Counted from the stretch's first letter, positions 45,025 to 55,615 are shown. The stretch: 64,000 bases of DNA from Acidimicrobiia bacterium (GCA_003231645.1 QIIW01000082.1:3797-67796), one strand, 5' to 3'. Numbers and translations are program-made. Notes: generated by a model from the letters alone, not told the origin.

Positions 45025-46047
45025 TCAGACCTCGGAGGTGGCTTCGTCGCCGGCCACCGGAGGCGTGTCCTCGACCGGAATGGCTGGGGCCGGGGAAACC
45101 TCAGCGGCGGAAGCCTCGACCGGAACGGCTGGGGCCGGGGAAACCTCGGCGGCGGAAGCCTCGACCGGAACGGCTGGGGCCGGGGAAACCTCGGCGGCGG
45201 AAGCCTCGGCCGTGGCGGCCGGAACGTCCTTGGCCGCGGCCACACGGGCCTCGCGGGCGGCGGCCTCGGCCGCGGCCTCGGCCCGGGCCTTGGCCTGCTG
45301 CTCGGCTACATCGGCCTCTTCGAGGGCGTTTCGCTGGGGGGCATCGTCGGTGACCCGCTTCGAACGGATGAATCGACCTTCGCGCACGGCATCAGAGATC
45401 ACTCGGCTCATCAACTCGCCGGCGCGGATCGCGTCGTCGTTTCCGGGGATGGCGTAATCGACGAGGTCGGGGTCACAATTGGTGTCGACCACGGCAACGA
45501 TCGGAATGCCGACCTTGCGAGCTTCGGTGACGGCGATGTGCTCCTTCTTGGTATCGAGAATGAACACGGCCTGGGGGAGTTTCTCCATATCACGGATGCC
45601 GCCGAGATTTCGCTCGAGCTTGGTGAGCTCGCGGTTGATCAGCAACGCCTCCTTTTTGGGCATCGACTCGAATTCACCCGAGTCGCGCATGCGTTGGTAT
45701 TCCTTCATCTTCGAGACACGCTTCGAGATGGTCTGGAAGTTGGTGAGCATTCCACCGAGCCAACGCTCGTTGATGTAGGGCATGTTGCAGCGCTCAGCGT
45801 AGGACTGGATCGATTCCTGGGCCTGCTTCTTGGTGCCGATGAACAGCACCGTGCCGCCGTCGGCGACGAGATCGCGAACGAAGATGTAGGACTTCTCCAA
45901 GTGGCCGAGAGTCTGGTGAAGGTCGACGATGTGGATGCCCGACCGCTCACCGTGGATGAAGCGCTTCATCTTGGGGTTCCAGCGGCGGGTCTGGTGGCCG
46001 AAGTGGACACCGGCCTCCAGCAACTGCTTCATCGAAATGACTGCCAT
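45025..46047 (-). CDS. rpsB: 30S ribosomal protein S2
   Basis: [33 protein letters not shown] and NDDAIR. Confidence 0.98.
   Translation of the reverse strand: MAVISMKQLLEAGVHFGHQTRRWNPKMKRFIHGERSGIHIVDLHQTLGHLEKSYIFVRDLVADGGTVLFIGTKKQAQESIQSYAERCNMPYINERWLGGMLTNFQTISKRVSKMKEYQRMRDSGEFESMPKKEALLINRELTKLERNLGGIRDMEKLPQAVFILDTKKEHIAVTEARKVGIPIVAVVDTNCDPDLVDYAIPGNDDAIRAGELMSRVISDAVREGRFIRSKRVTDDAPQRNALEEADVAEQQAKARAEAAAEAAAREARVAAAKDVPAATAEASAAEVSPAPAVPVEASAAEVSPAPAVPVEASAAEVSPAPAIPVEDTPPVAGDEATSEV
45071..45205. repeat. 45-bp tandem repeat x3 in the rpsB 3' end ([15 protein letters not shown])
   Basis: Three near-identical copies of tcgaccggaa(c/t)ggctggggccggggaaacctc(g/a)gcggcggaagcc. Confidence 0.95.
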
Positions 46048-46172
46048 TGTCTTCTCCCGGTTGACGAGCCAGCACCCGACGCCTTGGCGACCGGGTTCGG
46101 TGCTGACCGCTGTGGTCTTCCGTCGGCGCCGATCTGGAGCCTTCGGGGCCCGATGGGCCGGGGGCGAGTGTA
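46048..46172 (-). promoter_or_regulatory. rpsB promoter and structured 5' leader (putative S2 autoregulatory leader)
   Basis: Minus-strand TACACT near 46167-46172, then about 115 nt of leader with a cagcacc..ggtgctg stem; rpsB leaders are known autoregulatory RNAs. Confidence 0.45.
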
Positions 46173-46205
46173 CCGGCAGCACCCCGGAGCGCGTCAGCGC
46201 GATGC

Positions 46206-47885
46206 TCAGCCGGTCCCGGTCTCGATCGCCACGACCACGAACCCCACGGCGGCGGACCGCTCGAGTATCTCCACACCGAACGACACGCTCCCGTCGATCA
46301 GGCGATTCCAGGTGCTCTCACACGCCGGCGGCAGTCCGCCCAGAGCCAGGGCCACCTCGCGATCGGCCTCGGGCATTCCGGGCAGATCCCCGTGGACTCC
46401 CAGACCGACGGAATCGCCTATCAGGACGTTGCTCGCCCCCATCGCCGCGGTGGTGCTTCCTGGCACCAGGAGATCCCCTCTGCCTCCGATCGAAACCGCT
46501 TGGACACCCGGCGGGAACCCGACGAACCGCTTGGCGGCGGCGTAACCACCGGGCGAGAGATCGTCGATTGCGACAGCAGCAGCGAGAGAATCCGGGGCAA
46601 CAACGTCGACCACACTCGACATCACGATCCCGGGGGCCGTCATCTCGAAGGCCTGCACCACCTCGGCAAGAGGCGCGCCGCCGTTCGGGGCGCCGAAGGT
46701 GACGGCGACGCCAACGTCGACACTTCCACCGACACCCGCAACTCGGGCCACGGCGAGTCGCGTCAGCAGCCCGCCGAGGCTGTGTCCGTAGACATCGACC
46801 CGTACGCCGGGGTTGGCCGACGCGATCTCGGTGAGGAGAGCTTCGAGGTCGTCGACGTTGTCGGCAACGGATCCCCTGGTGTCGGAGGCCGAGTAGGTGG
46901 AGGTGGTGAGGTCGGCGGCCCATCCCGGTGGGCCGGCCGAGGGCTCCGGCTCGACACTCCCGCCGTTGTAGCTGAAACGCACGACATCGTTCGGGTCGTA
47001 TCCATGCGATCCGAGGTCGAGCTTGGCCATGGCCCCGGGTCGGGAGGACGACGAGTCGAGCCCGTCGACCAACACCGCTATGCGACGTTCCGGTGGCGGG
47101 TCGACCTCGACCGAATCAGCGGTGCATTCCCGATCATCGAAGGCCCGATAGATGATCATCCATGACCTGGCCATCAGCACCTGCGGGCTCACCTCGAAGG
47201 CCAGAACCCCGACCATCGTCACCATGTCGGCCAACTCGGAGAGACGCGACGCCGGATCGAGCCAGCGAAACGGGGTGAAGGGAACCGACGAGATGGCGCG
47301 TCGCAGCCCTCCCACCAAGTCGAGCAACCCCCGACCCGATCGGCTGGCATCGAGTTCGAGAAACTCGAGAACCTCCGACCTCGAATCGATGTCGAGCCAC
47401 GCGGCACGGTCCCGGGGATCGGGCCGGGATACGAGCACGACCTTCACCGAACGGACACCGAACAGCCTCTCCGGGTCGACGTAACGACCGTCGATTCGGG
47501 CTCCGAAGTGAAAACCCTCACCTGACAACGCGATCGTCTCTCCCGCCTCGACCCGGTCACCCGGGCTGACCAGGACACGGTCCACGTACGAATAACTGGT
47601 GAGAAGGCCACCACCATGATCGATGGTCACGTGCAGCGATCCGGCCACCGGCCCGGCGAACACCACGACACCAGGCCCCGACGCGGCGATCGGATCACCC
47701 GCGTTCGTGGCGTAGTCGATACCACGATTGCCGGGCCCGTAGGGCCCCAGGGGAAGACCGAACTGTTCGACCACCGTCGCGGTGGTCGGTGGACGCAGAA
47801 CGATTTCGGCCGCGGCCGCTCTCGTGGTCGACATGACCGACGCCAGCCCACCGACCACCAGGAAAATGGAAACGAATCGACGCAT
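46206..47885 (-). CDS. Secreted M23-like domain fused to an alpha/beta hydrolase
   Basis: Signal peptide ending AAAA-E; [31 protein letters not shown] (M23-like); then [27 protein letters not shown] and VHG. Confidence 0.8.
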   Translation of the reverse strand: MRRFVSIFLVVGGLASVMSTTRAAAAEIVLRPPTTATVVEQFGLPLGPYGPGNRGIDYATNAGDPIAASGPGVVVFAGPVAGSLHVTIDHGGGLLTSYSYVDRVLVSPGDRVEAGETIALSGEGFHFGARIDGRYVDPERLFGVRSVKVVLVSRPDPRDRAAWLDIDSRSEVLEFLELDASRSGRGLLDLVGGLRRAISSVPFTPFRWLDPASRLSELADMVTMVGVLAFEVSPQVLMARSWMIIYRAFDDRECTADSVEVDPPPERRIAVLVDGLDSSSSRPGAMAKLDLGSHGYDPNDVVRFSYNGGSVEPEPSAGPPGWAADLTTSTYSASDTRGSVADNVDDLEALLTEIASANPGVRVDVYGHSLGGLLTRLAVARVAGVGGSVDVGVAVTFGAPNGGAPLAEVVQAFEMTAPGIVMSSVVDVVAPDSLAAAVAIDDLSPGGYAAAKRFVGFPPGVQAVSIGGRGDLLVPGSTTAAMGASNVLIGDSVGLGVHGDLPGMPEADREVALALGGLPPACESTWNRLIDGSVSFGVEILERSAAVGFVVVAIETGTG

Positions 47886-47997
47886 CTGATCCCCGGACAC
47901 CAAGAGAAAGTGTTGGGGGAAGAAGTGATGCCGCCGTGGTCACGCCGCTGAGCGAGTGTAGGCATCCGCCCGAGCATGACCAACCGGGTCGAACGGT

Positions 47998-48774
47998 TCA
48001 GGCGAGTTCGCGCTCGGTGGCCGTGATCCGGGACCGGAGCTGCAGGACCGCTTTCGTGTGTATCTGGCACACGCGACTTTCGGTGACGCCCAGGACGCGC
48101 CCTATCTCGGCCAAGGTGAGCCCCTCGTAGTAGTAGAGGGTCAGGACGATCTTCTCCCGCTCCGGCATCAGGTTGATCGACTGGGCGAGGGTCTGGCGCA
48201 TTTCCTCGACCTCGTAGACGCCCATCGGACCCTCGCGCGTGTCGGCAACGGTGTCACCGAGCGTGACCGACTCGCCCCGATCCCCGCCGGAGAGCATCTC
48301 GTCGAGCGCGGCCACACCCACCAGGGAGATCTGGCTGAGGGTGGTCTGGAACTGCCTCTCGTTGAGACCGAGTTCGGCCGCGACCTCGGTATCCGTGGGA
48401 GCTCGGTGAGTCTCGGACTCGAGCTTCGTGTAGGCCTTCTCGAGCATTCGCGCCTTTGATCGAACCGACCTCGGTACCCAATCGATCGAGCGGAGCTCGT
48501 CGAGGATCGCGCCCTTGATGCGGGCGATCGCATAGGTCTCGAACTTGTAGCCCCGATCGAGATCGAACTTCTCGATCGCGTCGATCAGACCGAACACTCC
48601 GTAGCTCACGAGGTCACTCTGTTCGACACTTTGTGGCAGCCCAACCGCGACCCGTCCGGCGACGTACTTCACCAGCGGCGAATACTGGATGATCAGCTTG
48701 TCGCGCAGCCCGCGCGAACGCGTGCGCTTGTATCGCTCCCAGAGTGCGTCGGTCTCGTTGGGATCGTCGTTCAC
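47998..48774 (-). CDS. whiG: FliA/WhiG family RNA polymerase sigma factor
   Basis: [35 protein letters not shown] and [11 protein letters not shown]. Confidence 0.9.
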   Translation of the reverse strand: MNDDPNETDALWERYKRTRSRGLRDKLIIQYSPLVKYVAGRVAVGLPQSVEQSDLVSYGVFGLIDAIEKFDLDRGYKFETYAIARIKGAILDELRSIDWVPRSVRSKARMLEKAYTKLESETHRAPTDTEVAAELGLNERQFQTTLSQISLVGVAALDEMLSGGDRGESVTLGDTVADTREGPMGVYEVEEMRQTLAQSINLMPEREKIVLTLYYYEGLTLAEIGRVLGVTESRVCQIHTKAVLQLRSRITATERELA

Positions 48775-48786
48775 AGGTCCGGGTTC

Positions 48787-49665
48787 CTAGGCACGTGGGT
48801 GGGTCGAACGGTGGACATCGCGCAGGCGGTCGCGGCTGACACGCGTGTAGATCTGGGTGGTGGTGAGGTCGGCATGGCCCAGCAGCTCCTGCACAACACG
48901 CAGATCGGCACCTCCGTCCAAAAGATGAGTGGCGAAGGTGTGGCGCAGAGCATGGGGGTGAGTGGGTTTCACCGACCTGCGGTCGAGCAGCCGCCTGACA
49001 TCGCGGGGAGATATTCTCCGGCCACGGCGGTTGAGGAACACCGCCGCGTCGGGGGATTGGTCGGTCACCATCTCGGACCGTCCGGCCCGAAGCCACTCGG
49101 CGAGTGCGGCCGCCGCCGGCTCCGATACCGGCACCCACCTCTGCTTGGACCCCTTGCCCCACACGGTGATGGTGCCGCTCGGGCCCGACAGATCTTTGCG
49201 GTCGAGACCGCAGAGTTCGGCCACGCGAAGGCCACTTCCGTAAAGGAGTTCGGTGATCGCTCGGTCTCGTAACTCGACTTCCGGAGGATTGCCGGTGCGC
49301 GCCGAGCCGTTGAGCACCACCTCGAGTTCGTCGGCCGCCAGGATGCGGGGCAGGGTCGAGGCCCCGCGTGGTGCCGACAACGCGGCGCTCGGATCGGTCT
49401 CGACAAGCCCGGTGCGGCGAGCCCAGTCGAAGTAGCGGCGGATCACCGACGCCTTTCTGGCCGTGGTTCGCCGGGCATAGCCGGAAGCGTCGAGATGGGC
49501 GAGGTATCGGCGGAGTTGCCTGCGGTTGACGTCGGCGACGCCATCCGAACCCGCCGACTCGAGCCATTCGAAGCATGCAAGAGCGTCACGCCGATAGACC
49601 GAGCGTGTTGATTCGGCCGCCCGGGTGAGCGAGGCGATCCAGGTGTCGATCTGCCAATCAGCCAC
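48787..49665 (-). CDS. xerC: Tyrosine recombinase XerC
   Basis: LLYGSGLRVAEL, GKGSKQR, PHALRHTFATHLLDGGADLR and LLGHADLTTTQIYT; conserved position after dprA. Confidence 0.9.
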   Translation of the reverse strand: MADWQIDTWIASLTRAAESTRSVYRRDALACFEWLESAGSDGVADVNRRQLRRYLAHLDASGYARRTTARKASVIRRYFDWARRTGLVETDPSAALSAPRGASTLPRILAADELEVVLNGSARTGNPPEVELRDRAITELLYGSGLRVAELCGLDRKDLSGPSGTITVWGKGSKQRWVPVSEPAAAALAEWLRAGRSEMVTDQSPDAAVFLNRRGRRISPRDVRRLLDRRSVKPTHPHALRHTFATHLLDGGADLRVVQELLGHADLTTTQIYTRVSRDRLRDVHRSTHPRA

Positions 49666-49700
49666 GAATCGACGATAGCCAGTCGCCTGCGTCACCGCGT

Positions 49701-50864
49701 TCACCGATCGTCAAGATCTGTCTGGCGGCCGACACCTCCGCCACCACTCTCGGCGCGAATGAATCGGGCACCGTCGCGTCGGACCAACCCACATGCGACA
49801 AGCGAATCGAGCTCCGCCAGCACCTTGGGAACCGGCATCGAACTTCGCCCGGCGATCTCGTCGATCGTGGTGGGGCCGTCATCGACACATTCGATCACCT
49901 CGGAGAAGGGTCCGGGGCACGAATCCCCCAGCGAGACCGGGGTACCGCCGCCAGACCGGACTCCCCGATGGCGTGCCGCAGTGGAGGCCTCTCTCAGCCC
50001 GAGGGCCACAACGATGTCGTCGACGTCGCGGACCGGCTGACAGCCGTCGGCAATCAATTGGTTGGTGCCGTCGGCGGCCGGGTTGCGGACTGAACCGGGG
50101 ACCGCCATTACCGACACATCGCGACGCATGGCTTGCTCGACCGTGAGCAGGGAACCGCCGGCCGCCCGTGATTCGACGACCACCACGAGATCGGACATCG
50201 CGGCCAGCAGGCGATTGCGGGCCGGAAATCGCCACGGCTCGGGCCGAGCTCCGACATGAGCCTCGGTGAAAATCACACCACGCCGGGCCACGAGGTTCCA
50301 GAGATCGCGGTGCCGTCTCGGATAGACGACATCGGGGCCGCTCCCCACCACGGCCAGTGGCGGTGTGCCATCGACGCTGAGGGCTCCTCGATGGGCTGAC
50401 CCGTCGATCCCGAGGGCCAGACCCGACACGACCACCACCCCCTCCGACGCCAGACCTCGACCCAGCTCGAAGGCGACCTCACGACCGACGGGGCTGCATC
50501 TACGGGTGCCGACCACCGCCACCCGGGGCAGGGACTCGTCGGGGAGTCTGCCGATCCGGAACAGGATCGGTGCCGGATCGATGTCGGCGACCAGACACGC
50601 CGGGTGAGTATCGTCGTGGAGGCAACTGACCCCGATCGACAGCCCCGTCATCACCGACGACAGGTGATCGCGGTCGATCACGGGGGCTGCCGCCCGCCAC
50701 TCGGCGCGGACCTCATTGGGCGCAATGTGGGAGCCGAGACGACCCGCCAGCACCCGCTGCCACGCCGACTCCACGGACTCACCGACCAGCAGTCGGCCGA
50801 GGCGGTGCGGTGTCGCTCCGGGAAGCTGCGCCAGACAGGCCAGGTCGATGTCGCGCTCAGTCAT
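49701..50864 (-). CDS. dprA: DNA-processing protein DprA
   Basis: VAVVGTR, VSGLALGIDGSAH, FPARNR and AVPG..GTNQLI. Confidence 0.95.
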   Translation of the reverse strand: MTERDIDLACLAQLPGATPHRLGRLLVGESVESAWQRVLAGRLGSHIAPNEVRAEWRAAAPVIDRDHLSSVMTGLSIGVSCLHDDTHPACLVADIDPAPILFRIGRLPDESLPRVAVVGTRRCSPVGREVAFELGRGLASEGVVVVSGLALGIDGSAHRGALSVDGTPPLAVVGSGPDVVYPRRHRDLWNLVARRGVIFTEAHVGARPEPWRFPARNRLLAAMSDLVVVVESRAAGGSLLTVEQAMRRDVSVMAVPGSVRNPAADGTNQLIADGCQPVRDVDDIVVALGLREASTAARHRGVRSGGGTPVSLGDSCPGPFSEVIECVDDGPTTIDEIAGRSSMPVPKVLAELDSLVACGLVRRDGARFIRAESGGGGVGRQTDLDDR

Positions 50865-52365
50865 CGTCGCCTCCCATCACCGGACGGGCGCGCAGCGCGA
50901 GGGCGGCCGAAACATCGGACTCGCGAATCTCGTGGCCGGCATCGTCGAGATCGCGAATGGTCCTCGCCACGCATCTGACCCGCCGCAGCCCGCGGCCGCT
51001 CAACCGTCCACTCACGAGGGCATCACGAATCGTCATGCGGGCGTCGTCGGCGAGCGGGGCGTGCGCTTCGAGTTGGGATTCGGACAATTCGGCGTTGGTT
51101 CGCGCCCCACGCCGCAGGGCGAGGTCCCTCACGCGTGCCACCCGCGGGGCCACCCGTGCCGACGATTCCCCTGCGCCCCCGTCGAGAAGTGCCACCGGGT
51201 CGGGCCGCCCGATCTGGACCATCACGTCGAGTCGGTCGAGCAACGGACCGCTGATCCGCCTCGAGTAGCGCGCCCGAGCCGAAGGGGGACATCGACAGGC
51301 GACCGAGCCGCCTTCGCCGCAGGGACAGGGATTCATGGCTGCCACCAGGAGCACTCGTGCCGGATGCTCGTCGGTTCCGCCGCTTCTCGCCACTCTCACC
51401 ACTCCCTCCTCGAGAGGCTGCCGTAGCGCGTCCAGCACGCTGGGGGCGAACTCGCCCATTTCGTCGAGAAACAGGACCCCGTTGGATGCCAGGCTCACCT
51501 CACCGGGGCGGGATCGCCCCGTTCCCCCGCCGACGAGAGCGGCCATCGACGCCGAATGGTGGGGTGCACGAAACGGCGGACGTTGGATCAGGCCGGTCGG
51601 GGGGAGAAGACATCCTGCCGCGCTGTGTATGCGAGTGACGTCGATCGACTCCTGCTCCCCGAGGTCGGGGAGCAGCCCGGGAAGGCGACGCGCCAGCATT
51701 GTCTTGCCCGCCCCCGGTGGCCCCACCAGAAGCATGTGGTGACCGCCCGCCGCCGCCACTTCGAGAGCCCATCTTGCCGCCTTCTGACCCAGCACGTCGG
51801 CCAGATCGGGCTCGCGGGGACGATCCTCGATCATCGTGACGGCCTCGACATCGGGCCACTGGCCGGCTCCCCCGAGAACAGCCGAGAGCTGACGGAGATC
51901 GCCGACCGGACGGATCCGATCGCGGCCGACGATCGCTGCGACCCGGACGTCGGCCGACGAGATCACAACCGATGGCGCCTCGATGGCATCGACCAGCGGG
52001 AACGCGCCCGGTACCGGGCGAACCGAACCGTCGAGACCCAGCTCGCCGACCAGGCCGATTCCGTCGAGGGCCTCGGCCGGGATCTGCCCGGACGCGGCGA
52101 GAACTCCCACTGCCATCGGCAGATCGAGCCCGGCTCCGACCTTGGGCACATCACCGGGTGCGAGGTTGACGGTGATGCGTCGCATGGGCCAATCAAGATC
52201 GCTCGACACGATCGCGGCACGAACCCGATCTCTCGCCTCGCGACACGACGCATCGGGCAGACCGACGACGGTGAACCCCGGCAGGCCATTGGCGACATGA
52301 ACCTCGACCTGCACGGCCCGCCCGGTGATGCCCGAGAGGGTCGCTGAACGGACGATTGCAAGCAT
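50857..52365 (-). CDS. comM: YifB/ComM family Mg-chelatase-like AAA+ ATPase
   Basis: VGLPDA..EARDRV, GPPGAGKTMLA, RAPHHSAS, FLDE, LRQPLE, AAMNPCPCG and SGPLLDR. Confidence 0.92.
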   Translation of the reverse strand: MLAIVRSATLSGITGRAVQVEVHVANGLPGFTVVGLPDASCREARDRVRAAIVSSDLDWPMRRITVNLAPGDVPKVGAGLDLPMAVGVLAASGQIPAEALDGIGLVGELGLDGSVRPVPGAFPLVDAIEAPSVVISSADVRVAAIVGRDRIRPVGDLRQLSAVLGGAGQWPDVEAVTMIEDRPREPDLADVLGQKAARWALEVAAAGGHHMLLVGPPGAGKTMLARRLPGLLPDLGEQESIDVTRIHSAAGCLLPPTGLIQRPPFRAPHHSASMAALVGGGTGRSRPGEVSLASNGVLFLDEMGEFAPSVLDALRQPLEEGVVRVARSGGTDEHPARVLLVAAMNPCPCGEGGSVACRCPPSARARYSRRISGPLLDRLDVMVQIGRPDPVALLDGGAGESSARVAPRVARVRDLALRRGARTNAELSESQLEAHAPLADDARMTIRDALVSGRLSGRGLRRVRCVARTIRDLDDAGHEIRESDVSAALALRARPVMGGDDD

Positions 52366-52516
52366 GGTGGTCTCCAGACATCACTGTTTTCGGAGACCGC
52401 CATCGGCCGGCGGCGAGCACTGGGGGTGAAACTAACCGAGGGGTACGACAGCCGCGGGCGGGTGGGGTCTCGACCCGGAGACCCGGTGGACCACCCAAGG
52501 GTCGGCAGACCGAGGC

Positions 52517-52858
52517 TCAGAGAACCTCGCGGACATAACGGGCCACCGCGGTGATCGAAGCCTCACTGAGCGATGACGAGAATGACGGCATCCGCTCGCG
52601 CCCTCCGGAGATGATCTCGATCAGATCGGTCAGTTGCGGATAGTCCTCGTCGAGATCCCTGCCGTTGAGCCTGGGGCCGGCCCCGCCTTCGCCGGCCGAC
52701 CCGTGACACTGCTGGCAGCTGCCGCTGTAGACATCGCGGCCCAGCTGCAACACGGGATCGGCGACTCCGTCAGGGCCGACGGGAACCTCGGGCGAAGGAC
52801 CGGCGCAAGCCGACACCAACAGCAGCACCGAGATCGCTGGCATGAGAATTCGTGGCAC
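52517..52858 (-). CDS. Monoheme c-type cytochrome lipoprotein
   Basis: Lipobox LVSAC, CQQCHG heme motif and distal MP; start uncertain (52843-52894). Confidence 0.85.
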   Translation of the reverse strand: MPRILMPAISVLLLVSACAGPSPEVPVGPDGVADPVLQLGRDVYSGSCQQCHGSAGEGGAGPRLNGRDLDEDYPQLTDLIEIISGGRERMPSFSSSLSEASITAVARYVREVL

Positions 52859-52906
52859 GAGTGATCCATGAGTGGCGAACGCGGACGCAGACACGATACT
52901 GACCGG

Positions 52907-53017
52907 ATGGGAATGGACCCCACCCGGCCACGCCGGAAACGACCCACCGACTGCCTCTTCGTGGGGGCCGCCCTCCTGGTGACCGTGCTGCTGGTCGTGT
53001 GGGCGCCGACGGGCTGA
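52907..53017 (+). CDS. Putative 36-aa single-pass membrane protein
   Basis: MGMDPTRPRRKRPTDCLFVGAALLVTVLLVVWAPTG; basic patch then a TM helix; TGATG overlap with the next ORF. Confidence 0.55.
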   Translation: MGMDPTRPRRKRPTDCLFVGAALLVTVLLVVWAPTG

Positions 53018-53226
53018 TGGACGACCCCGAGGCCTACGGCGAGGTGGAGGTGAGATTCATGCCGCCGTTCCAGGCCGTGAAGACCTACACCTGCCCCAAC
53101 TGCAACCGCGACATACTGCCGGGCACCGGGCACTGGGTGGTGGTACCGGTGGGTGAGCCCGACCTCAGACGTCATTGGCACCGGGGTTGCTGGGACGGAC
53201 GCAAGACCCGCAAGCGGCCTCGCTGA
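53017..53226 (+). CDS. Small putative zinc-binding protein (actinobacterial CxxC..H..HWH..CW family)
   Basis: KTYTCPNCNRDI.PGTGH.VV..RRHWHRGCW. Confidence 0.75.
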   Translation: MDDPEAYGEVEVRFMPPFQAVKTYTCPNCNRDILPGTGHWVVVPVGEPDLRRHWHRGCWDGRKTRKRPR

Positions 53227-53232
53227 CCCCGT

Positions 53233-53574
53233 TCAGAACGCACTCTCGATCACCTCGATGCGCGGACCCACCACGCTGGCCACATCGAATCTCAGTCTCC
53301 CGTGGAGGCCGTGGGAGTCGAGCCAACTCATGGCGGTGCGGCGCAGGAATCGCTGTTTGCGATGGTCGACCGCCTCGAAACCGACACCGAATCGGTCGCT
53401 GGATCTGGTTTTGACCTCACAGAAGACGATCTCGTCGCCGCGGGTGAGCACCAGATCGAGTTCTCCCCCGCGAACCTGCCAGTTGCGGTCGAGCACGACG
53501 TAGCCGCCTGATTCATAGTGGCGAGCCACCAGAGACTCGCCCCATCTGCCGAGGGCAACACGTGATTTGTCCAC
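53233..53574 (-). CDS. yraN: YraN family (UPF0102) putative endonuclease
   Basis: LGRWGE, RNW..GELDLV, FCEVKTR and RFDV. Confidence 0.92.
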   Translation of the reverse strand: MDKSRVALGRWGESLVARHYESGGYVVLDRNWQVRGGELDLVLTRGDEIVFCEVKTRSSDRFGVGFEAVDHRKQRFLRRTAMSWLDSHGLHGRLRFDVASVVGPRIEVIESAF

Positions 53575-53667
53575 GTCCGCCAAGCTAGACCTGGCCTGCG
53601 ACAGTCTCACCCGGTGGGAGACCGGAGCCCCGGATTCGATCCATACCGGGATGGACCCGGCGGTCGA

Positions 53668-54015
53668 TCAGTTGAAGCGCTTTTCCTTGACCTTCGCCGC
53701 CTTGCCGACGCGGTCACGCAGGTAGTAGAGCTTGGCGCGGCGCACGTCGCCACGGGTGGCAACCTCGATCTTGTCGATCACGGGGGTGTGGAGCGGAAAG
53801 GTGCGCTCGACGCCGACGCCGAAGCTGACCTTGCGGACGGTGAAGGTCTCGCGGACGCCGCTTCCCTGGCGGCGGATCACAACGCCCTCGAAGAGCTGGG
53901 TACGGTGGCGGTTGCCCTCCACGACCTTGACGTACACCTTGAGCGTGTCGCCGGGCGCGAAGTCGGGGATGTCGTCGCGTAGGTTCTGGTTGTCGATCAG
54001 ATCGGTGGGCTGCAT
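53668..54015 (-). CDS. rplS: 50S ribosomal protein L19
   Basis: [23 protein letters not shown] and [10 protein letters not shown]. Confidence 0.98.
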   Translation of the reverse strand: MQPTDLIDNQNLRDDIPDFAPGDTLKVYVKVVEGNRHRTQLFEGVVIRRQGSGVRETFTVRKVSFGVGVERTFPLHTPVIDKIEVATRGDVRRAKLYYLRDRVGKAAKVKEKRFN

Positions 54016-54139
54016 CGCACGGCGCTCCGGCGGGAGAGAATGAAGAAGAAGGCGGGCTCACAGACCCGGGCCGACGCACGAGTCTAGAGCGCCGGTGACG
54101 AGACACCACCCTGCGACAAGGCCGGCCTCGGGTTTGCCG

Positions 54140-54889
54140 TCAGGCCGGGTCGGCGAGGCCGAACTCCTCGAGCAGGCGGCGATCTCCCGAGGAGAGCCCG
54201 CCACGCGCCTCGATCAGATCGGGACGGTGGTCGATGGTGCGGCGCAGTGACTGGGCCCGACGCCAACGCTCGACCCGACCGTGATCACCGGAACGCAGAA
54301 CCTCGGGCACCCGCCAGCCCCGGAACTCGGCCGGCCGGGTGTAGTGCGGGTATTCGAGCAGGCCGTCGCTGAACGATTCGTCGCCGGTCGAGGTGGGGTT
54401 GCCGAGAACCCCCGGCACCAGCCTGCCAACCGCCTCGAGCACCACCAGTGCGGCGACCTCACCGCCGGCGAGCACTACGTCGCCGACCGATATCTCCCCG
54501 TCGACCAGATGTTCCCTGATCCGTTCGTCGATACCTTCGTAGCGCCCACAGAGCAGCGAGAAACCGTCGAGGGCCGCCAACTCCGTCGCCATCTCCTGGT
54601 CGAAGACCCGACCGGACGGCGACAGGTAGTAGAGCGGTCGGGGCGGGTCGGCCGTCTCGACCGAATCGAACAACGGCTCGGGCTTCATGACCATGCCGGC
54701 ACCGCCGCCGAACGGCGCGTCATCGACCGTGCGGTGGGGGCCGGTCGCCGCGTCACGCAGGTCGTGGACTCTCACGTCGAGGATTCCGTCGCGGCGTCCC
54801 CGCCCGATGACCGACTCGCCGGCGAACGAATCGACCAGGCAGGGAAAGATGGTGAAGATATCGACCCGGAGTGGGCCACGACCGGTCAC
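54140..54889 (-). CDS. trmD: tRNA (guanine37-N1)-methyltransferase
   Basis: VDDAPFGGGAGMV, CGRYEGIDER, GDVVLAGGE and LEYPHYTRP. Confidence 0.97.
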   Translation of the reverse strand: MTGRGPLRVDIFTIFPCLVDSFAGESVIGRGRRDGILDVRVHDLRDAATGPHRTVDDAPFGGGAGMVMKPEPLFDSVETADPPRPLYYLSPSGRVFDQEMATELAALDGFSLLCGRYEGIDERIREHLVDGEISVGDVVLAGGEVAALVVLEAVGRLVPGVLGNPTSTGDESFSDGLLEYPHYTRPAEFRGWRVPEVLRSGDHGRVERWRRAQSLRRTIDHRPDLIEARGGLSSGDRRLLEEFGLADPA

Positions 54890-55353
54890 GACCGCTCCAG
54901 ATCGAAGAGTCCCTCCGGCACGTCGACCACCACACGTTCGTTGGGATCGACTTCGGTGATGAACCTCACCGGAACGAGTGCCCCCGAGTCGAGTTCGAGG
55001 ATGTCGGACGCCGGATTGTCGAGCACCCTGACGACGGTGCCCCGCTCCAGGCCAGTCTGGTCGACCACCGTCGCGCCGATGAGTTCGTGAACCCAGAGTT
55101 CGTCGGGATCCTCGATCGGTTCGGCCCGGAGAACCAGACCGCGAAGAGCATCGGCTTGCTCGCGACTGCCGACCTCCTCGAACACGACGATGTGGCCGCT
55201 CTTGTGGGGGCGCGACGAGACGACGGTGAGGACACGGTCACCCGCGTGCAACACCGATCCGGGGGAGACCCGCTCGGTGCGGTTGGATGTGAGCACGACC
55301 ATGACCTCGCCACGGAGACCGTGGGAATGGGCTATGCGTCCGACGTCGAGCAT
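54886..55353 (-). CDS. rimM: Ribosome maturation factor RimM
   Basis: VGRIAHSHGLRGEV, ELIG and LVP..PEGL; lies between khpA and trmD. Confidence 0.93.
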   Translation of the reverse strand: MLDVGRIAHSHGLRGEVMVVLTSNRTERVSPGSVLHAGDRVLTVVSSRPHKSGHIVVFEEVGSREQADALRGLVLRAEPIEDPDELWVHELIGATVVDQTGLERGTVVRVLDNPASDILELDSGALVPVRFITEVDPNERVVVDVPEGLFDLERS

Positions 55354-55357
55354 CAGC

Positions 55358-55615
55358 TCAGTCGACGAACTCGACCTCGATCTTGGTGTCGGTGTCGGTG
55401 TCGGTGTCGTGGCCGGCAGCGCGCACGACGGTGCGGATGGCCATGGCCACCCGGCCGCGCTTGCCGATGACCCGACCCATGTCGCCATCACCGACGGTGA
55501 CATCGAGACGAATACCCGAGGCGTCCTCGCTCATGGCAACACCCACGGCGTCGGGATCGCCGACAATCTGTTTGACGACGTATTCACAAACCGTCTTGGC
55601 CGAGTCAGCGCTCAT
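55358..55615 (-). CDS. khpA: KH domain RNA-binding protein
   Basis: DMGRVIGKRGRVA.AIR motif; follows rpsP. Confidence 0.9.
   Translation of the reverse strand: MSADSAKTVCEYVVKQIVGDPDAVGVAMSEDASGIRLDVTVGDGDMGRVIGKRGRVAMAIRTVVRAAGHDTDTDTDTKIEVEFVD
55385..55408. repeat. Hexanucleotide microsatellite (ggtgtc)x4 in khpA (DTDTDTDT)
   Basis: Read directly from the sequence. Confidence 0.9.

Noticed and set aside
48787-49665. Tyrosine recombinase as a phage or island integrase
   Set aside because: XerC-type motifs and size, housekeeping position after dprA, and no att sites, tRNA or cargo.
52366-52516. Short hairpins between the cytochrome c gene and comM as an ncRNA or MITE
   Set aside because: Only 6-7 bp GC stems, no second copy in the window, and no terminal repeats or target duplication.
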